The translations under genes were made by a program, and so were the position numbers. A stretch of DNA of 64,000 nucleotides from a candidate division Zixibacteria bacterium RBG_16_53_22 (GTDB taxonomy: Bacteria > Zixibacteria > MSB-5A5 > UBA10806), in NCBI GenBank assembly GCA_001775395.1, contig MEWP01000130.1:74921-138920 (forward strand). The letters run 5' to 3'. Shown here piece by piece: positions 1-9,354 of the stretch. The notes beneath the pieces were generated by a model, which saw nothing but the letters and a program-made list of their open reading frames with translations, was not told where the DNA came from and did not search any database. Positions within the stretch are counted from its first letter, which is position 1; every line of letters starts with the position of its first letter.

Positions 1-555
1 ATGCACGAGCGCCTGCATCTCGATATCCGGACTATCAACCGGATAACCGAGGAATACAGAGTGCCGCGGCCGGACGATTCCGCCGGAATCGAGGGAAAAA
101 TAAAGCCGGAAAAGGAATTTATTTCCTTGCTTCTGGCACACCCGGAACTTATTAATAAATGCGGCGAAGTAAGCAGCAAATTATTTGTAAGCGAAAACAA
201 CGCTCGAATTTTTGGGTTGATCCGCGAGCTATATGTCAAAGGGGATGGCCTTAGAATTGCCGACTTATTCGACAGGATGGAAAGCGATGAGCTACGACGG
301 GTTCTTTCTGAAATAGGCACCATTGAGATAAAAAGAATAGACATTCACAATCTGCTAAGTGAATTTTTGGACGAGTTAGAGATGTTGGCCCAGGACAGAC
401 GAAGAGAAGAATTGAAAAATCTGCTCGACGATGCCGTTAAGAGATCCGACGAAGACAAGATAAAAGAGCTAACCATAGAGTTTGAAAACCTGCAGAGCAG
501 GGGCGCGTGGAACACGGCAAAAAGATCAAGAACAAAAGGCGCAGGGAGGAACTAA
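1..555 (+). CDS. dnaG: DNA primase DnaG, C-terminal helical (DnaB-interacting) region; 5' end cut by window edge; frame-1 ORF stops at 555 but a frame-3 continuation (486..656) ends in an ATGA overlap with rpoD, suggesting a frameshift/indel near 500-525
   Basis: Position immediately upstream of rpoD (conserved dnaG-rpoD arrangement); helical Glu/Leu-rich C-terminal region typical of the primase C-terminal domain; frame-3 ORF encodes a second copy of the '...KIKELTIEFENLQSRG' motif ('...[17 protein letters not shown]') and terminates exactly at rpoD ATG. Confidence 0.55.
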   Translation: MHERLHLDIRTINRITEEYRVPRPDDSAGIEGKIKPEKEFISLLLAHPELINKCGEVSSKLFVSENNARIFGLIRELYVKGDGLRIADLFDRMESDELRRVLSEIGTIEIKRIDIHNLLSEFLDELEMLAQDRRREELKNLLDDAVKRSDEDKIKELTIEFENLQSRGAWNTAKRSRTKGAGRN

Positions 556-652
556 GAAGCCTCATTGTCGAGGCTGAAAATAAGTCTGATCGTGACAGGT
601 TAATTGAGTTGACCCGGGAGTTTAATGAACTTCAAAGCAGAGGTGGGAACGG

Positions 653-2191
653 ATGACACTGGAGGCCGCAAATAACAAATCGAAGAGTACACGCCTCGGG
701 AATGTCAGCGAAAAGATCGACCGGGAATTGACCGCCGGCAATACGACGCCTAAAATCGGCGTCAAAGCGGCGGCAAGACTAACCGGAGGGGCAACAGAAA
801 AATCGGGGCCGAATGCAGTGATCGTTGAAATTGGGACATCGGTGCTGGAGGCCGGCGCCGATCCGGCTTATATCTACTTCAAGGATATGGGGCGGTTTAA
901 GATCCTCACCCGCGACGACGAGGTCAAAGTCGCCAGGAGGATCGAGGGCCACAAACGCGGGATCAAGAAAATAGTATTCTCATCGCTGGTTGTCTTGGAC
1001 CGGCTGATCTGGTGCCAGGATAAACTGCAGTCGAAGGAAGTCAGGCTCGAGGATATTGTATCCCCCGAGACCTGCCGCTGGTTCGCGCCGGAGAACATCA
1101 GACGTGAGAAACTGAAGGTCGCCAACCGGCTCAAGAAAATCCAGGAGCTGCTAAGCCAGAGCCGCCAGGAAAACCTCGACCCGACGATCGAAGGCAATCC
1201 GGAAATTCTGGAAAAAAGGCTAAAATGCCGGCGCAAGCTCTTTACCGAGATCGAGAAGTTCAATTTCAATTTGGAGTTTCTCGATGAGTTGGTGGCCGAG
1301 TTTAAGGCACAGGTGAACGGCGACCGGCGCGCCTACCGTCCGCAAAACGATGCCGCCAGGAAGATGCGTGAGGATTTATCAGATTACTTGTTCGCCGAGG
1401 AGATGCCGCAATCGGAGCTTGATATTATCAAGAACAGGCTCGATTTCCTCGAATCGGAACTGGCCAAAGCCAAGAAAATAATGATCGAAGCCAACATGCG
1501 GCTGGTCATCTCGATTGCGCGCAAGTATATCGGGCGCGGTATGGAATTCATGGATCTGATCCAGGAGGGTAACTCCGGGCTGGTCAAGGCGGTCGACAAA
1601 TTCGATTACCGTAAGGGATTCAAGTTCGGCACCTACGCCTCCTGGTGGATTCGCCAGGCTATCACGCGCGCCCTGTCGGAGCAGGCCAAGACCATCCGCA
1701 CGCCGATGTACCTCAACAGCCAGTACGGACGCGTGGCCAAGGCCACCCAGAGCCTGTTTCAGAAACTCGGCCGCAAGCCAAGCATCACCGAGCTCTCCTC
1801 GCATGTCGGCATACCGCTGGAAAAGGTCGAGGATATTTTAAGTGTCATACCGCAGACCGTTTCGCTTTCCAAGCCGATCGGCGACGACGAAGAAAACCAG
1901 ATATTCAATATTATCGCCGACCCCCAATTTTCCACCCCCAGCGGCAAGGCTTCATTCGTCTATTTGCAGGACCAGGTGGAAAAGATTCTCTCCACCCTGA
2001 CTCAACGCGAGGAGGAGGTCATCAGGCTGCGTTTTGGCATGTCCGACGGTCTTCCGCGGACGCTGGAGGAGGTTGGATTGATATTCAACTTGACCCGCGA
2101 ACGGATACGTCAGATAGAGGCCAAAGCATTGCGTAAGTTGCGTCACAAATCCCGCTGCGAAAAACTGCGCGACTGCGTGGACCTGCTATAA
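653..2191 (+). CDS. rpoD: RNA polymerase primary sigma factor (sigma-70/RpoD)
   Basis: Region 1.2 '[29 protein letters not shown]', region 2 '[60 protein letters not shown]', region 4 HTH '[28 protein letters not shown]'; follows dnaG. Confidence 0.95.
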   Translation: MTLEAANNKSKSTRLGNVSEKIDRELTAGNTTPKIGVKAAARLTGGATEKSGPNAVIVEIGTSVLEAGADPAYIYFKDMGRFKILTRDDEVKVARRIEGHKRGIKKIVFSSLVVLDRLIWCQDKLQSKEVRLEDIVSPETCRWFAPENIRREKLKVANRLKKIQELLSQSRQENLDPTIEGNPEILEKRLKCRRKLFTEIEKFNFNLEFLDELVAEFKAQVNGDRRAYRPQNDAARKMREDLSDYLFAEEMPQSELDIIKNRLDFLESELAKAKKIMIEANMRLVISIARKYIGRGMEFMDLIQEGNSGLVKAVDKFDYRKGFKFGTYASWWIRQAITRALSEQAKTIRTPMYLNSQYGRVAKATQSLFQKLGRKPSITELSSHVGIPLEKVEDILSVIPQTVSLSKPIGDDEENQIFNIIADPQFSTPSGKASFVYLQDQVEKILSTLTQREEEVIRLRFGMSDGLPRTLEEVGLIFNLTRERIRQIEAKALRKLRHKSRCEKLRDCVDLL

Positions 2192-2212
2192 TCAATCCTA
2201 AATTCGTGATTG

Positions 2213-2247
2213 GACGCCGGGCGATGATTGTCCGGCGTTCTTGATTT
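2213..2247 (+). terminator. Putative intrinsic terminator after rpoD (8-bp GC-rich stem GACGCCGG/CCGGCGTT, 11-nt loop, followed by cTTGATTT)
   Basis: Inverted repeat 2213-2220 / 2232-2239 about 22 nt after rpoD stop; convergent with tenA-like gene. Confidence 0.45.
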
Positions 2248-2374
2248 GGAATTCCCGTGGCGTCGGGCCCCCGAACCCGGCGCATTAATTGCTTTAACTT
2301 GGCTGCTGCCGTGAATTACTTCTGCCCTCTGCGCGGCCTCAATCGGCGGCCCGGGGCTGGTATTCGTGAATTTT

Positions 2375-3019
2375 CTACATCCACTTCAGCCTGTTATATG
2401 CCATTTCCCAAAACAGGTATTCGTATCGCACGGTGAGCAGGAATATCTCATCGAGCCTGGCCAGGCGCGACTCGGGATACCCCTCGGTCATTGAATCAAG
2501 CTCAGATCCAAGCCAATCGACATACTGGCGGAATTCCTCGCCGGCCCAATTTTCGATGAAGCTTTCGTATGGGGTCCCCTTCTTGATACCGGTGCGGACC
2601 TTCTTCCAGGCCTCGTGATAGGCCTTCTCAGCTGTATAGAGAATTACGAAATTGGCATCGACATCCTCGTGGTAGGCGCTGGATAGTAAGAAGGAATTGT
2701 AAGCATGGCAAATGGGTGTGGGCTGAACGTTGTCCAGGTCGATCCCCCGCTTCTTGGCATATTCGTGGAATATTTCCAGCTCATGTTCGAGTCCGGCCAG
2801 TGTCTGCTGGAATGGTTTTTGGTATTTTCGCGGAAACCGAGCCATCAGCACGGAGAAGAAGCGGATGGCCTCTCGCACAAAAATGTAATCTTGCATGGCC
2901 CAGAAATCGAATATGGTATCATCGAGCCTGCTTTGACCCAGCTCGGTGATAAAGGGATGCGAGAGCATCTTATCCCACTCGGCAGCATATTTGGCGTGCG
3001 CCCGTTCGGCAAATTTCAT
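2375..3019 (-). CDS. TenA/THI-4/PqqC-family protein (thiaminase II / aminopyrimidine aminohydrolase-like, heme-oxygenase-like fold)
   Basis: 214 aa; 'LSHPFITELGQSRLDDTIFDFWAMQDYIFVREAIRFF' and overall helical TenA-like pattern; typical size. Confidence 0.7.
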   Translation of the reverse strand: MKFAERAHAKYAAEWDKMLSHPFITELGQSRLDDTIFDFWAMQDYIFVREAIRFFSVLMARFPRKYQKPFQQTLAGLEHELEIFHEYAKKRGIDLDNVQPTPICHAYNSFLLSSAYHEDVDANFVILYTAEKAYHEAWKKVRTGIKKGTPYESFIENWAGEEFRQYVDWLGSELDSMTEGYPESRLARLDEIFLLTVRYEYLFWEMAYNRLKWM

Positions 3020-3151
3020 AGTTGTCCTCCGATGTTTATGCAGTCTTTATAGCAAATGAATATCTATCTGACAAGGGATTTATGCCTTGTGCCCCAGTTT
3101 GGTATTATTTCCTTGCGAATTTAAGATAATTTATCTTAAATAGGACACGCC

Positions 3152-3856
3152 ATGCATTTATGGGGTTATATCGCCAATACGGCCACAGTGCTCGCCGGAT
3201 CATCGCTGGGATTTTTGGCCGGATCGCGCCTTCCGGAACCGATCAAGAAGATTATCCTGACAGGCCTCGGCCTTTCCACGATACTCATCGGCGCTCGAAT
3301 GTCCTTCGAAACGAAAAAACTGCTGTTGGTGGTTGGCTCGATCGTGGTCGGCGGCATTATCGGCCAACTGATCGGAATCGAGGAGTGGCTCGAGCATGTT
3401 GGCGAACGCCTGCGTCGAAGATTCGAATCAGGCAAAACTCTCCCGGGCTCCGCCGAGAGCACTTTCGTTCTGGGTTTCGTGACCGCCTCGCTCCTGTTCT
3501 GCACCGGGCCGATGACGATAGTTGGATCGCTGGAGGACGGGTTTGCCCGCAGCGCCGACCTGATTTATATTAAGTCGCTCATGGACGGCGTAGCGGCGGT
3601 AGCCTTGACGGCCTCGCTGGGGATCGGTGTCTTCTTCTCGGCAGCGACTGTGTTTATTTTCCAGGGGCTCTTAACCTACGCCGGTATGGCCATGGGCAGT
3701 TTTATCGGCGAGCCGGTTATGGCCGAAATTTCAGCCACCGGCGGGGCGCTGATCCTGGGGATCGGCTTCAACCTGCTGGGATTCGGACGTATAAAGGTAG
3801 GGAATTTTTTGCCGGCGCTTTTCATGGCCGGGATATTGGCCTGGTGGCTGTTATAG
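3152..3856 (+). CDS. DUF554-family integral membrane protein (YqgA/YdfK-like)
   Basis: 234 aa polytopic membrane protein; strong resemblance to DUF554 consensus ('TGLGLSTILIGARMSF', 'GFVTASLLFCTGPMTIVGSLEDG', 'ISATGGALILGIGFNLLG', 'KVGNFLPALF'). Confidence 0.7.
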   Translation: MHLWGYIANTATVLAGSSLGFLAGSRLPEPIKKIILTGLGLSTILIGARMSFETKKLLLVVGSIVVGGIIGQLIGIEEWLEHVGERLRRRFESGKTLPGSAESTFVLGFVTASLLFCTGPMTIVGSLEDGFARSADLIYIKSLMDGVAAVALTASLGIGVFFSAATVFIFQGLLTYAGMAMGSFIGEPVMAEISATGGALILGIGFNLLGFGRIKVGNFLPALFMAGILAWWLL

Positions 3857-4021
3857 GGGAAATATTGAAAATCACGATGCCGGTTTCAATTGCTGGTATC
3901 CATCAGGATGACGCCTGACCGACCCTTCCATTCTGATGGAACAGGATAGTTGAACTCGGCTGCATTGAAAATTCGACCATGGCGCTAAATAATATCAGGA
4001 AACAAAATAGGAGGAACCACA

Positions 4022-5101
4022 ATGGCGTTCGAAAAACTGCTCGACCACAGGCCCGATAATATCAAACGGAAATTGGGCCGCAAATCCAAGGTATGCCTGC
4101 TCAACAGCCATGACATTTTCAAAAACATCCGCAGTGACAATTTCCTGATCATGGCCTGCAACACGCGCATAAAACATGTCATACCCGGTATAATGAAGGC
4201 CGCCATGGAAACCGATTCGATCGTGGCATTCGAGCTGGCCAAGTCGGAATCCGATTTCAAGGGCGGTTATACCGGCATGACCCCCAAGGATTACTGGGAA
4301 ATTGTCGTGGCCTACGCCGAGGAGACCGGTTTCGACAGGCCCTTCTTCATCCATGCCGACCATATGACGGTCAAAACAAATAAAGAGGAGGAAATCAAGG
4401 ATACCGAGGCCTTGATAGCCGACCAGCTTGATGTCGGATACACCTCTTTCGCCCTTGACGCCTCATTTAATCCTGAAGAGGACAATATCGAAATCACTGC
4501 CCGTATGGCCAAGCCTATCGTGGACCGTGGTCTGGGTCTGGAGACCGAGGTCGGCGAAATCAAGTCAGTCGGTCAGACAGGTGAGATTACCACCGTCGAG
4601 GAGGCCAGAACCTTCATAGAGGGCCTGAAGCAACATGGATTCACTCCCGACCTGCTGGGGATCAACAATGGCTCCAAGCACGGCAACTATCTCGAAGGCG
4701 AGGAGATTTCAATCGATCTGGAGAGAACCGGGCAATGTTACGAAGCTGTTAAGGGGCATGGGGTTAACATAGCCCAGCACGGCATTACCGGCACCCCTCT
4801 TCATCTTGTGGGACGCTTTGCCGATTATGGTATCAGGAAAGGCAATGTCGGCACCGAGTGGCAGAATATCGCCCATCGGCATCTGCCGGCGGATTTGATG
4901 AACCAGATGAAGACCTGGGCCAAGAATTCCAATAAGGATATCAAATTGGCAACCAAGCAGTTCCTGAAAGATATCAATTCCATTCCCGAGAGCCTGAAAA
5001 AATCGATGGCGGAGGAATCCCGCAAGACCGCAACCGAGTTCTTTAAATCATTCAGGTCGGTGGGGTCGGCCTCGCTGGTAGCCCGCAAGATTGCAGGCTA
5101 A
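4022..5101 (+). CDS. Class II (metal-dependent) ketose-bisphosphate aldolase family protein (fructose/tagatose-bisphosphate aldolase-like), divergent
   Basis: 359 aa; motifs alignable to class II FBA: 'IHADHMT' (~LHLDHG), 'GYTSFALDAS' (~GFTSVMIDGS), 'ETEVGEI' (~EAELGxxGG), 'NNGSKHGNY', 'AQHGITG'; AGGAGGAAC SD 6 nt upstream. Confidence 0.55.
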   Translation: MAFEKLLDHRPDNIKRKLGRKSKVCLLNSHDIFKNIRSDNFLIMACNTRIKHVIPGIMKAAMETDSIVAFELAKSESDFKGGYTGMTPKDYWEIVVAYAEETGFDRPFFIHADHMTVKTNKEEEIKDTEALIADQLDVGYTSFALDASFNPEEDNIEITARMAKPIVDRGLGLETEVGEIKSVGQTGEITTVEEARTFIEGLKQHGFTPDLLGINNGSKHGNYLEGEEISIDLERTGQCYEAVKGHGVNIAQHGITGTPLHLVGRFADYGIRKGNVGTEWQNIAHRHLPADLMNQMKTWAKNSNKDIKLATKQFLKDINSIPESLKKSMAEESRKTATEFFKSFRSVGSASLVARKIAG

Positions 5102-5105
5102 AAAT

Positions 5106-5122
5106 GCCTTGACTTTCAAGGC
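5106..5122 (+). terminator. Perfect 7-bp hairpin GCCTTGA-CTT-TCAAGGC right after aldolase stop (weak U-tract)
   Basis: Seen directly in sequence 5106-5122; no strong T-run, so low confidence as terminator. Confidence 0.3.
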
Positions 5123-5308
5123 CTTAATGATATCTTTGGGGTGATTAATTCAGAGGAAAGGAATTGCGTATCGCGATTGGCTAACAGGTTTTTGTAGAAG
5201 AGCGGAATAACTTAAGAATGCATTTTTGCGCTACATTGACCTGATAGCTTTTGTGCTATTTCCGGGCGAATTTACGCCTGGAAATTGAATCGTCGATATG
5301 GAGGCCCG

Positions 5309-8300
5309 ATGAAATACTCCCCTGGATTAATGAAGCTCGCTTTTTCAATCCTGATTACCGGCTTCATAGTTTATGCCCGAAAGACCCAGGCTGAGTCGAT
5401 TTTTGACACCGACATTGAAATAGTTGATTCCGACCGGACGGGGATAACGCTGCGTTACGTTGCCCCCGAGGCTTCATTTTCCCCCATCGGACCGGCCGAA
5501 AAGAATTTCTACCAGATTTCGATATCACGCACCGCCCAAAATGGCAGGGATGGTCAGGTCGAGATACCGATGAAAATTGTGCCTCTTGCCATGCCGCCCG
5601 GCGCCATGCCCAGAATTCAGATCATCGAGGCCGATTACCAGAATGCTCCTTTTAGGAAAGTAACCCCGTATTTTTCTCGCCCGACTCTCGAGGAGTTCAG
5701 CCAGGCGTTTAACACAGCCGCCGCGGAAACACCATCGATACCCCAGTCCAATCCATATGTCGTTAGTATCGATGAAATTCGCGGCTTGACGATAGCGCGC
5801 CTGGCAATTCCAACAGCGCAATATTCGTTAACACCGCCTTCTCTGGCGCTTCTGAAACGGATTACCATGAGGATCAATTTCGTTGGAGGATCGCAGGCCC
5901 TGGCGGCGGGATACAGGAATCCGGGCCAGGTTTTCGATCGCATCTTGCAAAGATCGGTCGCTAACTATGATCAGGGCCGCGACTGGTTCGTGGCCAGGCC
6001 GGCATCGACGCTCACGGCAACCAGCCCCTTCGATTCGGCAACAACCTGGATCAGGATTGAGCTTACGACCGAGGGAATCTATTCATTTGGCTGGACTCAT
6101 TTCAACCTGGCGGGCATCAATCCAGCCGATGTCGACCCATCGAGGATCAGGATGTTCTATGGCGGCGGCCGCGAGCTCCCCACGCGCAACTCTCAACCCA
6201 GACCGACTCTTCGCGAAATCCCGGTGAAGGTTGTCGGAGGCAATGACGGTTCATTCGACGGCAGCGACCAGGTCATCTTCTACGCCGATGCCGCCGACAG
6301 TTGGGAATACTCCGATCAATTTCAAAGATATATGGCCTACAAGAATCATTATGCCGACAGAAACGTTTATTGGCTTACAATCGACGGCAATTTCGGGTCC
6401 CCGCCCAGAAGGCTGTCGACAATCAATGGTTCGCCTGACGGACCCTTTGACGCATCCTATAACTGGTATACGGCCTCGACCCACAGGGAGCAGGACCGGG
6501 ACTTTCAATATCTCACTGTAGGCACCAGCTACTATAATTGGTTCTGGGGTTACAGCCGGGATTTTTCGACCTCGGTTCAGCTCTACGATAATATCGAGGG
6601 ACAGCCGGCCACGGTGGTTGTCAGGAATGAATCCGGCTCCCCTAATCTCTCGGTAAACGGCAATCCGGCGGAATTGGTATCGCGGAACCAGACATATTCG
6701 ACTTTCCGCACGAGCGACCTGGGCGACGGGGCCAACAATTTCGTGATTTCCTCTCTATCGAATTTTTATTTCGATTATATCGATGTCGAGTATCCGCGCT
6801 GGTTGAAAGTACTGGATGGCAGCCTGCTCTTTTCGCAGCCCGATACTTTCGGCAATATCAGGTACTCCCTTACCGACGTGGCCGCGCAGTATACCCTGCT
6901 CGATATCACCGATAAAATGAATCCGGTGGAGATAGTCGGCGCCGCTCTCTCGGGAACCAATTTGACATTCGATGATACCGCCTCGGCGCAATCGCATAAG
7001 AGATTCTTCATATCGAGCAATGCGCGTTTCAAGTCACCGACGGCGATCGAGAACTACGATCGGGACGATCTGCGGAATATCGACGACCCCGAGAACCACG
7101 CCGACGAATTGATTATCACCTACGACGGATTCCACGACCAGGCGGTAAGGTTCGCCCAGCATCGCGAACAGACATATGGCTTGAGGACCCGCGTTATCGA
7201 CGTCTCGGAAATATTCAACCAATTTTCTTTCGGGCCGCTCGATCCGACCGCGATCCGCGATTTCCTGAAATATGCCTACGAGAACTGGCAGGAGCCGGCC
7301 CCGACTTTCGCATTGCTTATCGGCGATGGTAATTATGATTTCAGGAATAATCTCGGCCACAACCTGCGAAATTACGTGCCGCCCTGGGAAAATACCGGAT
7401 TCATGACCGATGAATATTTCATCTATTTCGGCAATGAGTATTTCCTCGATGCCGATCGAGACTCATTGCCCGATATGATCATCGGCCGGCTTAACGCCAG
7501 ATCGGCGCAGGAGGTCGACGACTTTATCACCAAGACCACAGATTACGACTTGAATCCCGATCTCGGCCCCTGGCGGCATAGAGTACTTGTCGTGGCCGAT
7601 GACAACCTGCATCCCCCCAGCAACTCCAACGAAACTCTCCATACTGGACAGGCCGAGATCCTGACAAACAGGCATATACCGGGAAGATTCGAAACGAATA
7701 AGATTTACCTCATTGATTATCTAATGCAGGCGGGAGGCGAAAAGCCCGAGGCCCGAGAGGCCATTGTCAGCGCTTTCAACCAGGGCGCTCTGATTATCAA
7801 CTGGATCGGCCACGGCAGCGCCAATCTCTGGGCCGATGAAAGGGTTTTCCGGCGTATCCAGGATATCCCCCGCCTGACAAATGGCAAGAAGTTGCCTCTG
7901 GTCTTTACAGCCTCGTGCTCGATAGGCAAATTCGATTTCCCGGCCAATGAATGCATGGCCGAGGAATTCATACGCAACAGCGCCAATGGCACCATTTCCG
8001 TAATCTCGGCCACCCGTGATGTTTATGCCCTGCCCAATGCCGAGTTGAACAATCAACTGTTCGACCAACTCCTGGTCTTCGATTCGTCCGGCGTCGGCGA
8101 GTCGCTCTATATGGCCAAGCTGCTCAGAAGCAATTACGGGCCGACCGATAACAACGATATGCTCTACATGGTTTTCGGCGATCCCGCCCAGCTTTTGCAG
8201 TATCCCAAGTTCGATGTCAGCCTGACCCTGGCGCCGGACTCGCTCATGGCACTAACAGTCGATAGCGTCTCCGGGGAAATCGTCGATGATTTCGGAAACG

Positions 8301-9298
8301 TTCGCAACGATTTCACCGGCAATGTCTGGGTGACTGTCAAGGACGGCTCGTCGGTGCGATCGGTAACCCTGCGCAACAGGCTCAATGTCGCATTGCCGCC
8401 GCCCAACACGATTACATATGTTGCAGAAGGCGCCACCATTTTTATCGGCCCCGCCGACGTGCGCAACGGCAGATTCACCAGCCGATTCTTCATCCCCAAG
8501 GATATCTCCTACGGCAGCCGCGGCGCCAAAATCTACGCCTACGCGGAAAACGGGTCGTTCGATGCCCTGGGAGTGCGCGATTCACTTCTGGTTTCAGGAT
8601 CGCTTCCGGCTCTGCGCGACAGCATCGGCCCGACAATCGAGCTCCTGGCCGACGGCCGCCCGTTCGTGGCCGGTGTGACAATTGTGCCCTCGATTTTCGA
8701 CCTGGGCGCAATTATCCGCGACGATCATGGGGTGAATATCACCGGCCAGCTTGGCCACAGCATCGTGGCCAGTATCGATGACGGCGAGGTTTTTGAGGGG
8801 GATGTGACCAGCTATTTCAGGTTTAATCAGGGAGACTATCAGGGGGGCAGGTTGGAGTTCCGCATGCCGGAACTGCCTCTGGGCGAGCATGATATCACCC
8901 TGAAGGCCTGGGATAATTTCAACAACTCCACCATGATCTTGCGGCGGATCGAGGTCGTGGCTAATGGCGAGCTGGCGATTTCCGATGTCATGAACTATCC
9001 CAATCCGGTTAGGAAAGGTGACAACTCGACAGCATTCCAGTACTGCCTCAATAACGATGTCGATAAGGTCACCATAAAGATATTTACCGAGGCCGGGCGT
9101 AAAATCAAGATTTTCGAACTGACATCAACCGACCAAACCCAGATGGGATGCGAACAAGTGCCCTGGAACCTGCTCGACGCCGATACCGATCCCCTGGCCA
9201 ACGGCATCTACTTATACCAGGTGTCCGCGGAGCGGCACAATGCAGGCGGCGGCAAGGAACAGGCGGAGCAGACCGGAAAACTGGTGATATTGCGGTAA
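5309..9298 (+). CDS. Peptidase C25 (gingipain-like) family cysteine protease with T9SS type-A C-terminal sorting domain; ORF track start 5285 is TTG, ATG at 5309 preceded by GGAGG
   Basis: C25 catalytic-domain-like stretches ('ITYDGFHDQAVRFAQHREQTYGLRTRVIDVSEIFNQF', 'NWIGHGSANLWADERVF', 'LPLVFTASCSIGKFD'); signal peptide 'MKLAFSILITGFIVYA'; C-terminal roughly 90 aa 'SDVMNYPNPVRKGDNSTAFQYCL...GIYLYQVSAE...GKLVILR' matches Por_Secre_tail pattern. Confidence 0.85.
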   Translation: MKYSPGLMKLAFSILITGFIVYARKTQAESIFDTDIEIVDSDRTGITLRYVAPEASFSPIGPAEKNFYQISISRTAQNGRDGQVEIPMKIVPLAMPPGAMPRIQIIEADYQNAPFRKVTPYFSRPTLEEFSQAFNTAAAETPSIPQSNPYVVSIDEIRGLTIARLAIPTAQYSLTPPSLALLKRITMRINFVGGSQALAAGYRNPGQVFDRILQRSVANYDQGRDWFVARPASTLTATSPFDSATTWIRIELTTEGIYSFGWTHFNLAGINPADVDPSRIRMFYGGGRELPTRNSQPRPTLREIPVKVVGGNDGSFDGSDQVIFYADAADSWEYSDQFQRYMAYKNHYADRNVYWLTIDGNFGSPPRRLSTINGSPDGPFDASYNWYTASTHREQDRDFQYLTVGTSYYNWFWGYSRDFSTSVQLYDNIEGQPATVVVRNESGSPNLSVNGNPAELVSRNQTYSTFRTSDLGDGANNFVISSLSNFYFDYIDVEYPRWLKVLDGSLLFSQPDTFGNIRYSLTDVAAQYTLLDITDKMNPVEIVGAALSGTNLTFDDTASAQSHKRFFISSNARFKSPTAIENYDRDDLRNIDDPENHADELIITYDGFHDQAVRFAQHREQTYGLRTRVIDVSEIFNQFSFGPLDPTAIRDFLKYAYENWQEPAPTFALLIGDGNYDFRNNLGHNLRNYVPPWENTGFMTDEYFIYFGNEYFLDADRDSLPDMIIGRLNARSAQEVDDFITKTTDYDLNPDLGPWRHRVLVVADDNLHPPSNSNETLHTGQAEILTNRHIPGRFETNKIYLIDYLMQAGGEKPEAREAIVSAFNQGALIINWIGHGSANLWADERVFRRIQDIPRLTNGKKLPLVFTASCSIGKFDFPANECMAEEFIRNSANGTISVISATRDVYALPNAELNNQLFDQLLVFDSSGVGESLYMAKLLRSNYGPTDNNDMLYMVFGDPAQLLQYPKFDVSLTLAPDSLMALTVDSVSGEIVDDFGNVRNDFTGNVWVTVKDGSSVRSVTLRNRLNVALPPPNTITYVAEGATIFIGPADVRNGRFTSRFFIPKDISYGSRGAKIYAYAENGSFDALGVRDSLLVSGSLPALRDSIGPTIELLADGRPFVAGVTIVPSIFDLGAIIRDDHGVNITGQLGHSIVASIDDGEVFEGDVTSYFRFNQGDYQGGRLEFRMPELPLGEHDITLKAWDNFNNSTMILRRIEVVANGELAISDVMNYPNPVRKGDNSTAFQYCLNNDVDKVTIKIFTEAGRKIKIFELTSTDQTQMGCEQVPWNLLDADTDPLANGIYLYQVSAERHNAGGGKEQAEQTGKLVILR

Positions 9299-9354
9299 GC
9301 CTGACGATGATACCATCGACCTATTATTTGATTTCAATATCTGGAGGAACGAAA

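Noticed and set aside
1645-2136. 163-aa Arg/Pro/His-rich plus-strand alternate-frame ORF inside rpoD
   Set aside because: Out-of-frame overlap with highly conserved sigma-70 coding sequence.
3160-3573. 137-aa Arg-rich alternate-frame ORF inside DUF554 gene
   Set aside because: Alternate frame of a confidently called membrane protein gene.
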